Shown one piece after another: positions 22,393 to 33,960 of a stretch of 64,000 nt of DNA (positions are counted from its first letter, which is position 1; each line of letters opens with the position of its first letter). Where the stretch lies: contig NC_068992.1 in assembly GCF_001194135.2 (NCBI RefSeq), forward strand, positions 46,210,156 to 46,274,155, in the 5' to 3' direction. Position numbers and translations under genes: made by a program. The notes under the pieces were generated by a model. It searched no databases. It had not been told where the DNA came from and saw only the letters and a program-made list of their open reading frames with translations. The stretch comes from Octopus bimaculoides. Taxonomy: Eukaryota.

Positions 22393-23689
22393 ACTAGACT
22401 ATCCTGTCAAATTTCTAATGTTTTGAATTCTTTGTTGCATGTGAAATGTTCCGTTAGTCTCAAACCAGTAGGCATGTTACTCAATAGTCTGTGAAATATT
22501 GCCATTCTTATATCCCTCCCCACTACTCACCCTCCCCCACCTAACTTACACAAATGACATTCACTATTCTTTCAACAATGTCCTTGTTTGTTATTTGAAG
22601 AAATCCGCTACAATTAATTACCGTGATGATGCTTAGTTTCTCCTTTCCTTTCTTTTTTTTCCTTCTTTCATTATATATTTTTTAATTCTTTTTTTCGCTC
22701 TCCTACCCCACCAATGACAACAAAATCTCAGACTCAACCATGGTTGACTAAAGTTTGCTTCTGTCTTATTAAATTCTTGATTCTTTTTTCACAAATCTTG
22801 ATACATTGATTTTTAGAATTTTGGCAGAAAAAACTAGAAAAAACAATAACAATAATAATAATAACATTTTTGTTTCATTCACTTTTTTTCCAAAAAGAGG
22901 AGAAAAAATTGGAAATTTTGTTAGAATTCAGAAAACATTTTTGTTTTTGTTTATTTCATTAAATTCATTCACCAGTTTTTCTTTTTATGTTATTTTTCTA
23001 GTGTGAACATAATTCTCTATAGTTTCTTCGATATTTCTTATAGTTGGAAATAAAAATTCTATGGAACAAAGACAATAAAAACAATAAATGATACAAAATG
23101 AAAGAAATAAAAAAACTAAAAAATCTCTCTGTCTTATAGTATTTCTCTCAGATTTATTGTTCCATCTGTGGAATAATATCAACTGAATGGAAACCAATTA
23201 TTTTTAGCTATTTTAGTATGACATGGCTATTTTCTGCCATATAACAGTTGACAATACCAGAATACTGGTACATTGGTAAAATCGTTGGAGTGTCAGAAAA
23301 AATATTTTATGGCATATGTTTCAGTTCTTTATATTCTGATTTCAAATCTTGCTGGAGTCAAATACACTTTTCCCCATTCAGGGATCAATAAGATAAAACG
23401 CAAGTCAGGTACTGGCATCAGTGTTACTAACCCCCCATCCCCTGAAACCTAAAAGCTTTGTGTCTATGTAAGAAGCAAAAATAGTGAAATGGCAAAATTG
23501 TAAAAACATCAGACAAACAGCCTGGTGATATTTGTTCAGCATTTAATATTCTGAGCTTAGTTTCTGCTGACGTCAACTTTGCTTTTGATCCTTCTGGGTA
23601 TCAGCCATGTACCAGGTAACTGGAATTGATTCAGCCTCCCTTTTTAAAACTCATGGCTTTCTACCTAAATCAGAAATCCTCATCACACA

Positions 23690-23800
23690 CACACATGATG
23701 AGGTTACAGTAGAAGACACTTACCCAAGGTGCCACGCAGTGAAGCTGAACCCAGAACGATGTGGTTGGGAAGCAAACCTCTTACCACACAGCCACACCTG
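23690..23800 (-). mobile_element. 5' (tRNA-like head) fragment of SINE family C
   Basis: gaagacacttacccaaggtgccacgcagtg...cttaccacacagccac is the reverse complement of the head at 54448-54545. Confidence 0.75.
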
Positions 23801-24679
23801 CACCTATTCTTTCAGTCCATTTCAATTTGTTTTCTAAGTGTTACAACAGAGGAAACAAACCTACATATTTTGTCAGGCAGTTTGAAAATTAAGAATTAAA
23901 CCCATAAAAATGGTCCTCAACCATGGTTTAAAGAAAGGAACTAAGAAAAATATAAAATGCATTAATATTGATCAATAGTTTGTCAGAGCAAAAAAAGTGA
24001 TGAAAATCTTATTGAAATTGTGACCAATCCAAGCAGAAGAATATTCCATTACCAAATAACTAAAAGAACAATGGAGGAAATATTTCCTCTGTTAAATTCA
24101 CTAAATTGATCAGTTTAACAATGGAAAAATTATTTGTGGTGCTGAAAACACAGCATCACATGGAAATCCAACGTCTAAAAAAATTTGGTGTCAGCTATCC
24201 ACCACACATGTCATGAAAAACAGACACCGAAAATGTTTGGACTGTGGCAGAATATGTCCCTACCAATTGAGGATATTTACTCTAGTTTAGAGTAGCTTCT
24301 GAATATAAGATGACACGTTTGAATTAGTATTGTTATTCTACTCAGCTGTAAAGAACTGGGGATAATTATTTTATTTCAAAAAATAAGAAAAAAAAAAAGG
24401 AAATCTTAACTTGTACCTCACCACAAAAGTTTTGTAAGCAGAGGGTCCTTCAAAATTGTTCCACCATTTATTTAGTCAACTTTTCATGATAAACTGTATC
24501 GTGAATAGTGATGTTTTGCATTTTACCAATGATCTAATGTATTGAAGAACTGACAAGAACTAATTGCAGTAAACCATCTTAGAAATGAAGTCTTTAAAGG
24601 AGTCAACCTTTTCATCTAACATGAAAGGTTTTGAAAGGAGCCATCAATGTTTTTAGAAATTTTTTTCTAAATTCATCTC

Positions 24680-24870
24680 ATGGCTCCTATGCTGGTGGCA
24701 CGTAAAAATCACCCACTACACACTCAGAGTGGTTGGCATTAGGAAGGGCATCCAGCTGTAGAAACATTGCCAGATCAGATTGGAGACTGGTGTGGCCTCC
24801 TGGTTTGCCAGTCTCCAGTCAAACCATCCAACCCATGCCAGCATGGAAAATGGATGATGATGATGATGAT
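24680..24870 (+). mobile_element. Family-A RTE-tail element
   Basis: Close match to 1-158, with a (GAT)n tail. Confidence 0.85.
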
Positions 24871-26086
24871 TCCTCCCAATATGTATTACAATCAATTCAA
24901 TGAAATGGTCTGCAACAATTCTAAAATTGCCTTGAGCCTAGTGTAAAGGGAAGTGGAATGTTTAGTCTTGCATGGAACACCAGATTAAGAAAATGCTTTA
25001 CTTTTGCTAAGGACGTGAAAAGCTTTATAGTACTGCAGCCCATACATTCTGAAAATGGCTGGTATTAGGGAGGTCTTCCAGCCATAGAAATGAAGATGAA
25101 ATGTCACATGAACAAAACGTGATCCTCTGGCATATCTTATCTAAGACTAACATTGTATAAGAGCTGATTCAGATTGTGATGGAATGCCCAACATGTGTCA
25201 ACATGGGAAATGAGCATAAAATGAAGAGATGATGAGCAATTACTGCAGACATTAGATTGTGCCTGTCTAAATGTAATTTCTTCTTTGAGATATTTACATA
25301 ACAATAATGGATTTCTCAAAGAAGACCAACCAGTCTTGGAATAGATAAAGAATATGTGGACTGTATACTCACAGCATCACCTTTCACACCTATCTACTCA
25401 TGTTGGCTATGCATTTTGGAATTGTTTGGCTTCAATCTGAAAAGATGCCAGTTAGACAAAAACACTTGTAAATGTTGCCATTATGCATTCAGTAGATTAC
25501 TTAAGGGACTCCAGCCTATGAGCAGGAGATTCGTATTTTAAATACTGCCCCCCCCCCAAATCAAGAAGCAATAGTGGAATGGTATATCGCTAGACCACAA
25601 GCCCACATTGCTTAAGAAAAATATAAAGATCAATATCGAAATCATGAACTACTGGATTATTTAAGAGCCATTGCTCATAATTTGTCTTTTAAAAATGTTT
25701 CTTCTTTCCTTCAGTTCTAAAAGAAGTTAACTTTTTACTGCAATTTTTAGTGATTCAATATTTAAAACTGATTTATTTTTCATGTCTGTATTGAATAAAC
25801 GCTATATTGATAATTTTCATGCTTTTTTTTGTTTCTTTTTTTTTTTTGTTGCTGTGTTTCTTTTTCATTTGTAATGAAATATGACAGATTTACTCTGTGA
25901 ATAAAAACTTTGATGTTTAGCAATATATTTAAATCATGACAATGCATTTGGCATGACAGAGGGCATGATTTGATCTCTGAATATAAAGTGAAGTAACCAA
26001 ACAAAAAAGGAACAAATTATTTCATTGAACTCTATTGATCCTGCCATGTCATTATATTTGTGGCCTAAATAAGTTTTGTAAAACAG

Positions 26087-26338
26087 TGGATCTGTCTCTG
26101 GACAGTTCCTCACCAAAGCAAAGAACAGAGCAAAGCCTTTATTTCCATGAAAGACCAGCAGGTGCCCACACATGCAAGTCTTCTCTCCCCATATTGTCCC
26201 CAAGGCAAGACAAGAACCAGTACAGTTTGGTACCAATGTTGTCACTGATGTTGTCATCAGAACACAAAGATCTGAAGATATACCACCAAGACATTTTGTC
26301 TGATGTGCTAACAAAACCATTAATTCACAATGGAGGAG
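26087..26338 (+). CDS. Candidate internal coding exon (252 nt, phase 1-1), unknown protein
   Basis: Acceptor ttttgtaaaacAG and consensus donor GAG|GTGAGT. Only one frame is open across the exon (VDLSLDSSSPKQ...KPLIHNGG). No homolog recognised. Confidence 0.3.
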
Positions 26339-27103
26339 GTGAGTCATGTGATCAGTTCATAGACTAACATATATTTATAGGAAAAAGGAGCATAATTGAA
26401 TTAGAGTGATAGCATGTCTGAGAATTACTGCGTTGAGCCCAGAGGAAGATAAATCAAAGTTGACTCAGCTGAGAGATGATCTGAAGAAACAGAAGTACAA
26501 AACTATACACTGCAAGTTTTACACACACCCACACACACACACACACTCTCTCTCTCTCTCTACTATTGCAGCCACCTTCACTACCCTGATAAATAATATT
26601 TATAAAGATAATGACAATCATTATTATTATCGCTAGAACAACAACAACATCAATAATAATCTTCTTCAGTGATCTGCTGTGTATCATCAGCAGTCATTGA
26701 TTGTCTTTATGGCTAAAATTACTGAATAAAATAAGCAGCGATGAAATGAAGCGAAGACAACATAAGTCTACTAATAAACACTAGTTTGCTTCATTGGTAG
26801 AAAGAGAGAAGTGTTGTAGCTTTGATCAATAATAGATTGATACTTAACATCATTGTTAAGTTAATGTCTTGTAATACTTAATTATTTCATATCATCTAAC
26901 ATAAGACTTACACAAATTTCCATAATTCATATTAACCATTCTCATAGAAAATCCTTCAAGTATAAAAAGAAGCTTTTTATTATTATATGTTGTTTCAGGG
27001 TGGTGGAGTGGCACTCATAGTGGTGTGGTGAGGTGACACATAGGGTGATGTGTTGGACTAAACATAACACCACAGTATTTAATTTTTGTTTTTTGATATT
27101 TAG

Positions 27104-27151
27104 AGTTCAAAACTGATTTGTCTCGGTTTTTGTCTCCAAACAAAAACTGAG
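27104..27151 (+). CDS. Candidate 48-nt exon
   Basis: T-rich acceptor (tttaatttttgttttttgatatttAG) and perfect donor GAG|GTAAGT. Read in phase 1 it gives EFKTDLSRFLSPNKN-stop; in phase 0 it gives SSKLICLGFCLQTKTE. Confidence 0.35.
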
Positions 27152-27294
27152 GTAAGTATACTCTTCTCTCATACTTTAGCTTCTCATTTCCTGGCATAAA
27201 GCTGCACTCGACTCCTGCCACCTCAGCTTCATAGTCTTGCAAGCTGCATGGTAACCTCACTAGTGCAGGTAGCATGAAAACAAGCACCCAGTAT

Positions 27295-27450
27295 ATGTTG
27301 TAACGTGGTTGGCTTTAGAGGAGGACATCTCACCATAGAAACCATGCAAAGTAGACACTGGAATGTGATGCAGTCCTTAAATCACTGGGTCCTGTCAAAC
27401 TGCTCAACCCTTACCAGCAAAGAACATGGATGTTAAATGATGATGATGAA
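27295..27450 (+). mobile_element. Degenerate family-A element
   Basis: gtggttggctttagaggaggacatc...ggatgttaaatgatgatgatg. Confidence 0.7.
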
Positions 27451-27494
27451 GCCAGCACTTTGCTATCATTACTGAGTTCCTGTTTTAAAGCTAC

Positions 27495-27700
27495 AGACTG
27501 AGAGAATCATTAGCATTTCAGGCAAAATGCTTAGCAGCATTTCATCTGTCTTTACATTCTGATTTCAAATTCTGCCAAGGTCAACTTTGCCTTTCATCCT
27601 TTCAGGTTCCATAAAACAAGTTGAGCACTGGGGTCAACGTAATCAACTATACCTCACCTGCCCCACAATGTTAGGCTTTGTGTCTATTAGTAGAATTGAT
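27495..27700 (+). mobile_element. tRNA-derived SINE (family B)
   Basis: aaatgcttagcagcatttc...ttcaaattctgccaaggtcaactttgcctttcatcctttc...gcactggggtcaacgtaatcaact. Related copies occur at about 16610-16730, 23270-23420, 23520-23640, 28010-28150, 38575-38690, 42880-43050 and 48020-48240. Confidence 0.8.
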
Positions 27701-28563
27701 TACTGATTGCATGTGTTTCTTCCTAATTTTGTTGTCTAGGAAATCAATTTCATGTTTTTTTATGAAGGGGAGACAATTTCACCTTCCAATTTGACAACAC
27801 AGAACAAGAAATTATTTTTCACCACCCAAACATTGGAATATAAGTAAAATATCCATTTGGTAGAGTTGCAAGAGCAATGACATGCAGCAAGACAAAATAC
27901 GTCTCCCCATAAATATGAGTGGCACTTCAGCTGACACACTGGTACCAGGCAGCAGAATTTTCCTACAAGTAACAAACCACTACTGCATTTTATTAATGAA
28001 AATTGACATTACAGTGTTGAATGAAATGGTTTATGGTATTTGCTGTAGCTTTATGTTCTAAGATCAAATCCAGCTGTGGTTAACTTTACCCCTCATGCCT
28101 TCAGGCTTGCACCAGCTGAGTACTAAGGCTGAATTAATCAACTATTACACACCTATATTACAAACAACCATTAATAACACCATCATTGATAGGAAAACCA
28201 TGTTAATTCCTCTGCAGACCTATATTTTATTCTACTAATGCATTGGTTAAAAATTAAGTCTGTATTTCATGCCAGAGTAAGATGTTGCAAATGTGAGGTG
28301 TCGACTGTCTCTACCTAAAGCATAGAGTCAGAAAAGGTTGCTGATAAACAGTTACTAACAAGTTACAGTGCTCAATCAAGTGCAATTACTGTTAATAAAT
28401 ATAATTAATTCTGTCTGGCTTCAGAGTTTCACACACACACAACACACTGTGTACTTACAGAGGTGTGTGTGTAATGATTTAATTAATTCAGAAAATGATG
28501 CAGAACAATGAAAAATCTTAGTTAATTAGAAGATCTCTGCTTGTCTATGAATTATACATACAT

Positions 28564-28634
<71 letters not shown>

Positions 28635-29057
28635 ACTCATGTAGCATGTGCACATAATCATGTGCATATCTACATACATATAAACATATACATACATATA
28701 CATGATACTCATTCTGTATGTGCCCATAATCACACACATATATAAACATGTGAGTATTTATATATATATATATATGCCACCATGGAAAATGAACAGTAAA
28801 TGAGGATCATTATATGTATACACACATGTAATTGTTGAATAATTTGAATATCCGCTGAATTTTTGTAGCATCTTGCAACCTTTTCAACAACTATTGGAAA
28901 GGTTGCAGGACGCAATGAAAATTTTAGAAAAAAAAAAAAAGAAAGAAGTAGAAATTTTACCAGTGAGTGTGTTAAATTATAAGGCAATAAAAGAGAATGA
29001 CTCTCCCCAGATACAACAGTATAGAGATATACATACATATATATATATATATAAAAC

Positions 29058-29096
<39 letters not shown>

Positions 29097-29104
29097 TTAT
29101 ATAT

Positions 29105-29250
29105 ATCAACATCATTTAACATCCATTTTCCATGCTGGCATGAGTTGGGCTGTTTGACTGAAAACTGGGACCTGCATTAGGTTTCAGTCTGATTTGGCAC
29201 TGTTTCTACAGCTTGATGCCCTTCCTAACACTTCGAAGAGTGAAGTGGAT
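29105..29250 (-). mobile_element. Family-A element
   Basis: catcatttaacatccattttccatgctggcatgagttgg...cagcttgatgcccttcctaacac is the reverse complement of family A. Confidence 0.8.
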
Positions 29251-29747
29251 GTTTTATTATACCTCTGGGATGGGTGCCAATTGTGAAACACTGGCATTGG
29301 CCATGACTACAATCTCATTCGTTTTGACAGGTCTTCTCACTGATAGACCAGCTCTTTCCCACATCTCCAGTCACTCAACAACCACTTTACAGAATGTACT
29401 GCCTGGATTCATAGGGGCACTAACAGTAGCAGGCACTCCCATTTTAGAGGCCTTTGTCTAGTCATGAAATATATAGCTGATAGTAAGGAGTGGAAAATAG
29501 TTGGGAGTCCACAGGCAACAATGGATTAATATCTTTCACTGTGGTAGCTGTTCCCTATTCACAAGTGAATCAGGTATTTACAGGCAATATCACAAATCAA
29601 TACTCAAACATATTAAAACACCACTTCTGAACAACCAAACTCATCATATTTTCACATTTGCAGCATGAGCACTTTTTTTGTTTTAATAATATAATTATTA
29701 TTAGCCTGATTTTGCAACTAGTAATAAAAATTCTCCAGCACTTATCA

Positions 29748-29767
29748 CATCATCATCATCATCATCA

Positions 29768-29849
<82 letters not shown>

Positions 29850-29850
29850 G
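29748..29850. repeat. (CAT)n-(TAT)n compound trinucleotide microsatellite
   Basis: Directly visible; explains the poly-H/poly-Y pseudo-ORF. Confidence 0.95.
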
Positions 29851-30859
29851 ATTGTGTGTTATTCTTTATTGGTAAATAATAATCTGTTTAAAACTGGCAT
29901 CAATATTGCATCTGGAGGATTTCTGATGAAAGTATTCAAGTGAGGCATGTAATATGTTGAAAGTGAAGCCAATGAAATGTCGGGGAATATCCTGAAAAAC
30001 AACATTGATTACATAGTAATTGTTATCAGATTATTATTGATTTTGTCCAAATTGTTATCTAGCTACCGTTGATTGCACCAAGAAGTCGTTATAAAAGTCT
30101 AATACACAGGATGGAAATTAACAATAAAATAATATTGATTTTTTTTTATATATATTTTTTTTATTTCTCTATTTTATATATGATATATATTTTTTTTTCG
30201 TTTTGTGTTTTAACAAATTATTCTGAAATAATAATTTGGAAAAGATTACCTTGATCTTGTATTCTATAATTCTGAAATATGATTCTTGCTGTTGCTGTTT
30301 TGTTTATCAACTAACTCTTAGAGGGAAACATTCCTCTGAGATACTACATACACTTATTTTGTTTTATTTATATACTTTCAGAATGTGGATGTTATTGTTG
30401 TTTAAACATGGGATAATCCTGATCATTTGGATTAAGGGTTTTTCAGTTGTGATCATACCAACTTTTTGTATGTATATCAAAGTTTGACATTGCTCTTTGT
30501 TATTATCTTGGATGTGATGTGAAGAAGATTTGGCTGTTGTTTCTAGCATATACCTGCTTCTATGTTTGATCGTTAAACCCTAGCAGGTTGGTTAAGTGTC
30601 CTCCCCACCTCATTTATCAACCTATACCTAGTGTGTGAAGTGTCTGATAAAGACAACTGCGCAGAAATCCATTGCATATATGTGTGTGCATACATATAGA
30701 CATTAAATTCACTCGAAGCTTTTGTTGACCCAGAGAAAAACCATATTGTTGTGATGCAAATTTCATAACCAGAAAGCCATATATATACCTATGTATGCAT
30801 GTATGTATGTTATTATTCAGTTTTATTTCAAGATTTCTTTCCAGGCTGAGACCATTGAC

Positions 30860-31100
30860 GTTATGCTGTGTTTGAGAAGAAGACTCATCAAGCCAAGCAA
30901 AATCACTGCTGTGGCAGATACTGGTGTCATGCAAATGACACCTTTGCCGGTGGCACATAGAACCACTCATTGCACTCTTGAAGTGCTTGGCATTAGGAAG
31001 GACATCCAGTCATAGATACCATGCCTAATCAGACTGGAATCTGGTGCAGCCTTCCAGCTTGCTAGCTCCAGACATTAAATGATGATGATAATGACGACAA
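30860..31100 (+). mobile_element. Family-A RTE-tail element
   Basis: gctgtgtttgagaagaagac (RTE ORF end) ... ggcattaggaaggacatccag ... gacattaaatgatgatgataatgac. Confidence 0.8.
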
Positions 31101-31104
31101 TGAG

Positions 31105-32050
31105 TGAAAGAGCTGGTTTCTAACCTAGATCCAAGGTACCTTCATTGGAATTTCAACATCAACAACAGGCTGTTTCTATTTGTATGTATGTATATGTACA
31201 GATTAGTATGTTTTGCTTCATGCATGAATTCTCATGCATATAGTCACATGTCTAGTCATGCTCAAATATATTTAAATGATAAACTTCTGGAAAGTTTTAC
31301 AGATTTTTACAGTTCCAGTGATGGACTGGATCTGTAGTCCTCGAATTAGCTTTCTCCTTTCTGATTTTGAGAAGCCTGATTTCTCAAGATTGGTATTTAG
31401 GCAGTCTGTTACACATCTCAGGGCCCCAATAATTACAGGTATAAACCTGAACTTGCGATCTGGATAGAGTAACTGCAGATTTCTCAATAGTTCAGTGTAG
31501 ATATTCACTTTTCACTTACCTTCAGCTTTATGTTAACATCTGGCGGGCAGCTAATTTCCACAACTATACACAGTTTTTCTTTTCTATCCCAAATCATTAT
31601 ATCAGGCCTGCTGTGCTTATATTTTATTGAGATTTTCACTGGAACATTCCACCAGTACTCGTTTTTATTATGGCTTCTACCATACTGTAGGTTCTTATTT
31701 CTTTGTCCTTGGGGTTATCCTTCTGACAGATTTCATAATAGTGTCCTAGCTACAACATCAAATCTCATCAGCAGATAATAGCATGATGACATTTCCATAC
31801 AACTGCTTATGATATGGACGATATTTTTAGTATGAACTCCACAACGTCTGTGTTGGATGTCACATTTTACTGCTTTTCCTGCATCTCTATCACTTTTGTG
31901 CATCAGATATTTGGTTGATATTTCCTGTTCCTGTATTGCAAACGCATACCCTTCAAAGTAGGAGGTACCAACCTGCATCCTGAGGCTACCCCTGGTTCAA
32001 TGATACTTCCTGTTTAAGACCATTTATTTTCCAGACACCATCTTATTAAT
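31105..32050 (-). mobile_element. 5'-truncated RLE-type LINE (R4/Dong-like), copy 2
   Basis: FEGYAFAIQEQEISTKYL...CGVHTKNIVHIISSC (CCHC knuckle remnant)...YWWNVPVK..RPDIMIWD (31586-31609)...VVEISCP...LLYPDRKFRFIPVIIGAL...GTVKICKTF, followed by the 3' UTR. Confidence 0.92.
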
Positions 32051-33301
32051 GACAAAGTTAGTTTACAAGTTCTTCATTATTTTCGAAATTAATTCAAAAC
32101 AAACCAAGTGTATTTCAATAGAAATATGGTAATAAAGTTGTTAATGCCATATACTATTAGAAGTTTTCACATTGAATCCTAAATCTTGATCTGATCAGTA
32201 TTAGAACACAGAACCAAAGTTCTAGAAATATATCATATTTTAAGAAGGTAGTCTACAACATTGTCTTTCAATTGACTCTAAGTGAGAATGACTTACACAG
32301 CAGGCTGTTGTGCAGTGTTCATGGAAAGCAGTTCTATAATCTAATAGATCAAGAAGTAATTTCAGAATGGTTATTGTCACAAGAAATGCCTTTATTATCA
32401 TTATCAGTCTGAGTGTTCTTGTGTTTAAAGATCTGCATTAAATCCCCATTTACAGTTCCAATTAAAACCTAATTTATTAGTGGAACAGTTCTCAATTACT
32501 TACAGTATTAAAGTGTGCTAGCTTTGACCACTAAATGGTTAAATGGCATTCTGTTAACGAAACAACCACATTGACAATCCAATAAGGTTTGCCTAATTAT
32601 ACACAAAACAAAACAGTCATTGATTTATCTGGAGATAACATCTCATTCTCCAAATGCTATGATTTGTTCTGTGAATGTTATGGGCTAATGATTAAGCTGT
32701 AAGTCTCAGGTGAAGAGCTACTTGTTTGGATTCTATCAATGGTCGTGTTGTGTATTTGGAAAAAGCCTTGCATTGTTCCTTTCACTTGGAAGCAAAATTG
32801 GTTTATGAACCAGATAAACTGATTTAATGGTATAAAGAGTAAATGATTTTAAAAAACTCATGGTAAAGGTAATGTTAATGTAATTAAAGTAATAACTTTT
32901 ATATTAAATTACAGTCACAGTAGGGAGAAAAAACAAATTTTAAAAGAGAAATTTTAGTCGAGAAAGGTAACGGAGACAGCTCGGAAATTTTAATTTATTA
33001 AGAATTAAATGTAGGTGTTTAGCTTTCATGCAGAGTGTGATTGGACTCTGGGTACTTCTTGTCATTCCTATAGCCCTATAATCTCATCTATAATATCAAC
33101 ACTGGCATCTAGCTTAGTGGATGACACCAGAGCTTCAAGTTTTTTGACTTCATAGTTTACATAAGTTATTAATAAAAAGCAAAATAAATGGTTGAGGAAG
33201 AAGAGGAAAAACTATGAATTATATGGAAGGATAAGCTAAAGATTTGGATAGATGATATGCAATGATAATGAATATATACATGTGTAAATATAATATATAT
33301 A

Positions 33302-33341
<40 letters not shown>

Positions 33342-33571
33342 TTTTAAATAAAGTATGTATGTATGTATATATATANNNNNNNNNNNNNNNNNNNNNNNNN
33401 NNNNNNNNNNNNNNNNNNNNNNNNNNNNNNNNNNNTAGATACATACTTTATTTAAAAGCATATTACTCTACCTCAGATATTTGAGTACTCTTTTTTCCAC
33501 CTTGTTTCACATTTATGTGCTTACTCCAGTATATATATATATATATATATATTGGAGCATTGTTGTGCTAC

Positions 33572-33613
<42 letters not shown>

Positions 33614-33649
33614 GATGATGATGATGAGGAAAGGACAATAAATCTGTTT

Positions 33650-33960
33650 CATATTCCCAGCACTATTTTGAATATTTTGTTTAATACTCTAGTCAAGGAA
33701 GTGGTAGAGTGCAGTGACCTTGGTATCTGGAGCACTTCCAGACTCAAAGGAGAAAGATGGATATAATGTTCAGGTTTAACATCTAGGGATCAATGTGTGC
33801 TAGAATATTTTGTGTGGGCAGGAAATTCCAGAAGATTGTAATTCTGAGGAGAGAAGAAAATGGAGTTAGAAGGTAGAGATAAAGTGAGGAATATCTAATT
33901 GAAAACGTTGCAGTTGGCTAGTTCAGAATAGATTGTGGGTGTGTGTGGTCAACTAGTTAA
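33650..33960 (-). mobile_element. Probable 3' end of a CR1/Jockey-group LINE
   Basis: Minus strand FLLRITIFWNFLP..IL..IDP.MLNLNI resembles the SFF.RT..LWNSLP..F..NI C-terminus. Highly degraded. Confidence 0.45.

Noticed and set aside
26140-26330. FHER...DVLTKPL resembling Copia RNase H
   Set aside because: The spacing is longer than in Copia, the KHID motif is missing, and no other LTR-element remnants or LTRs lie nearby.
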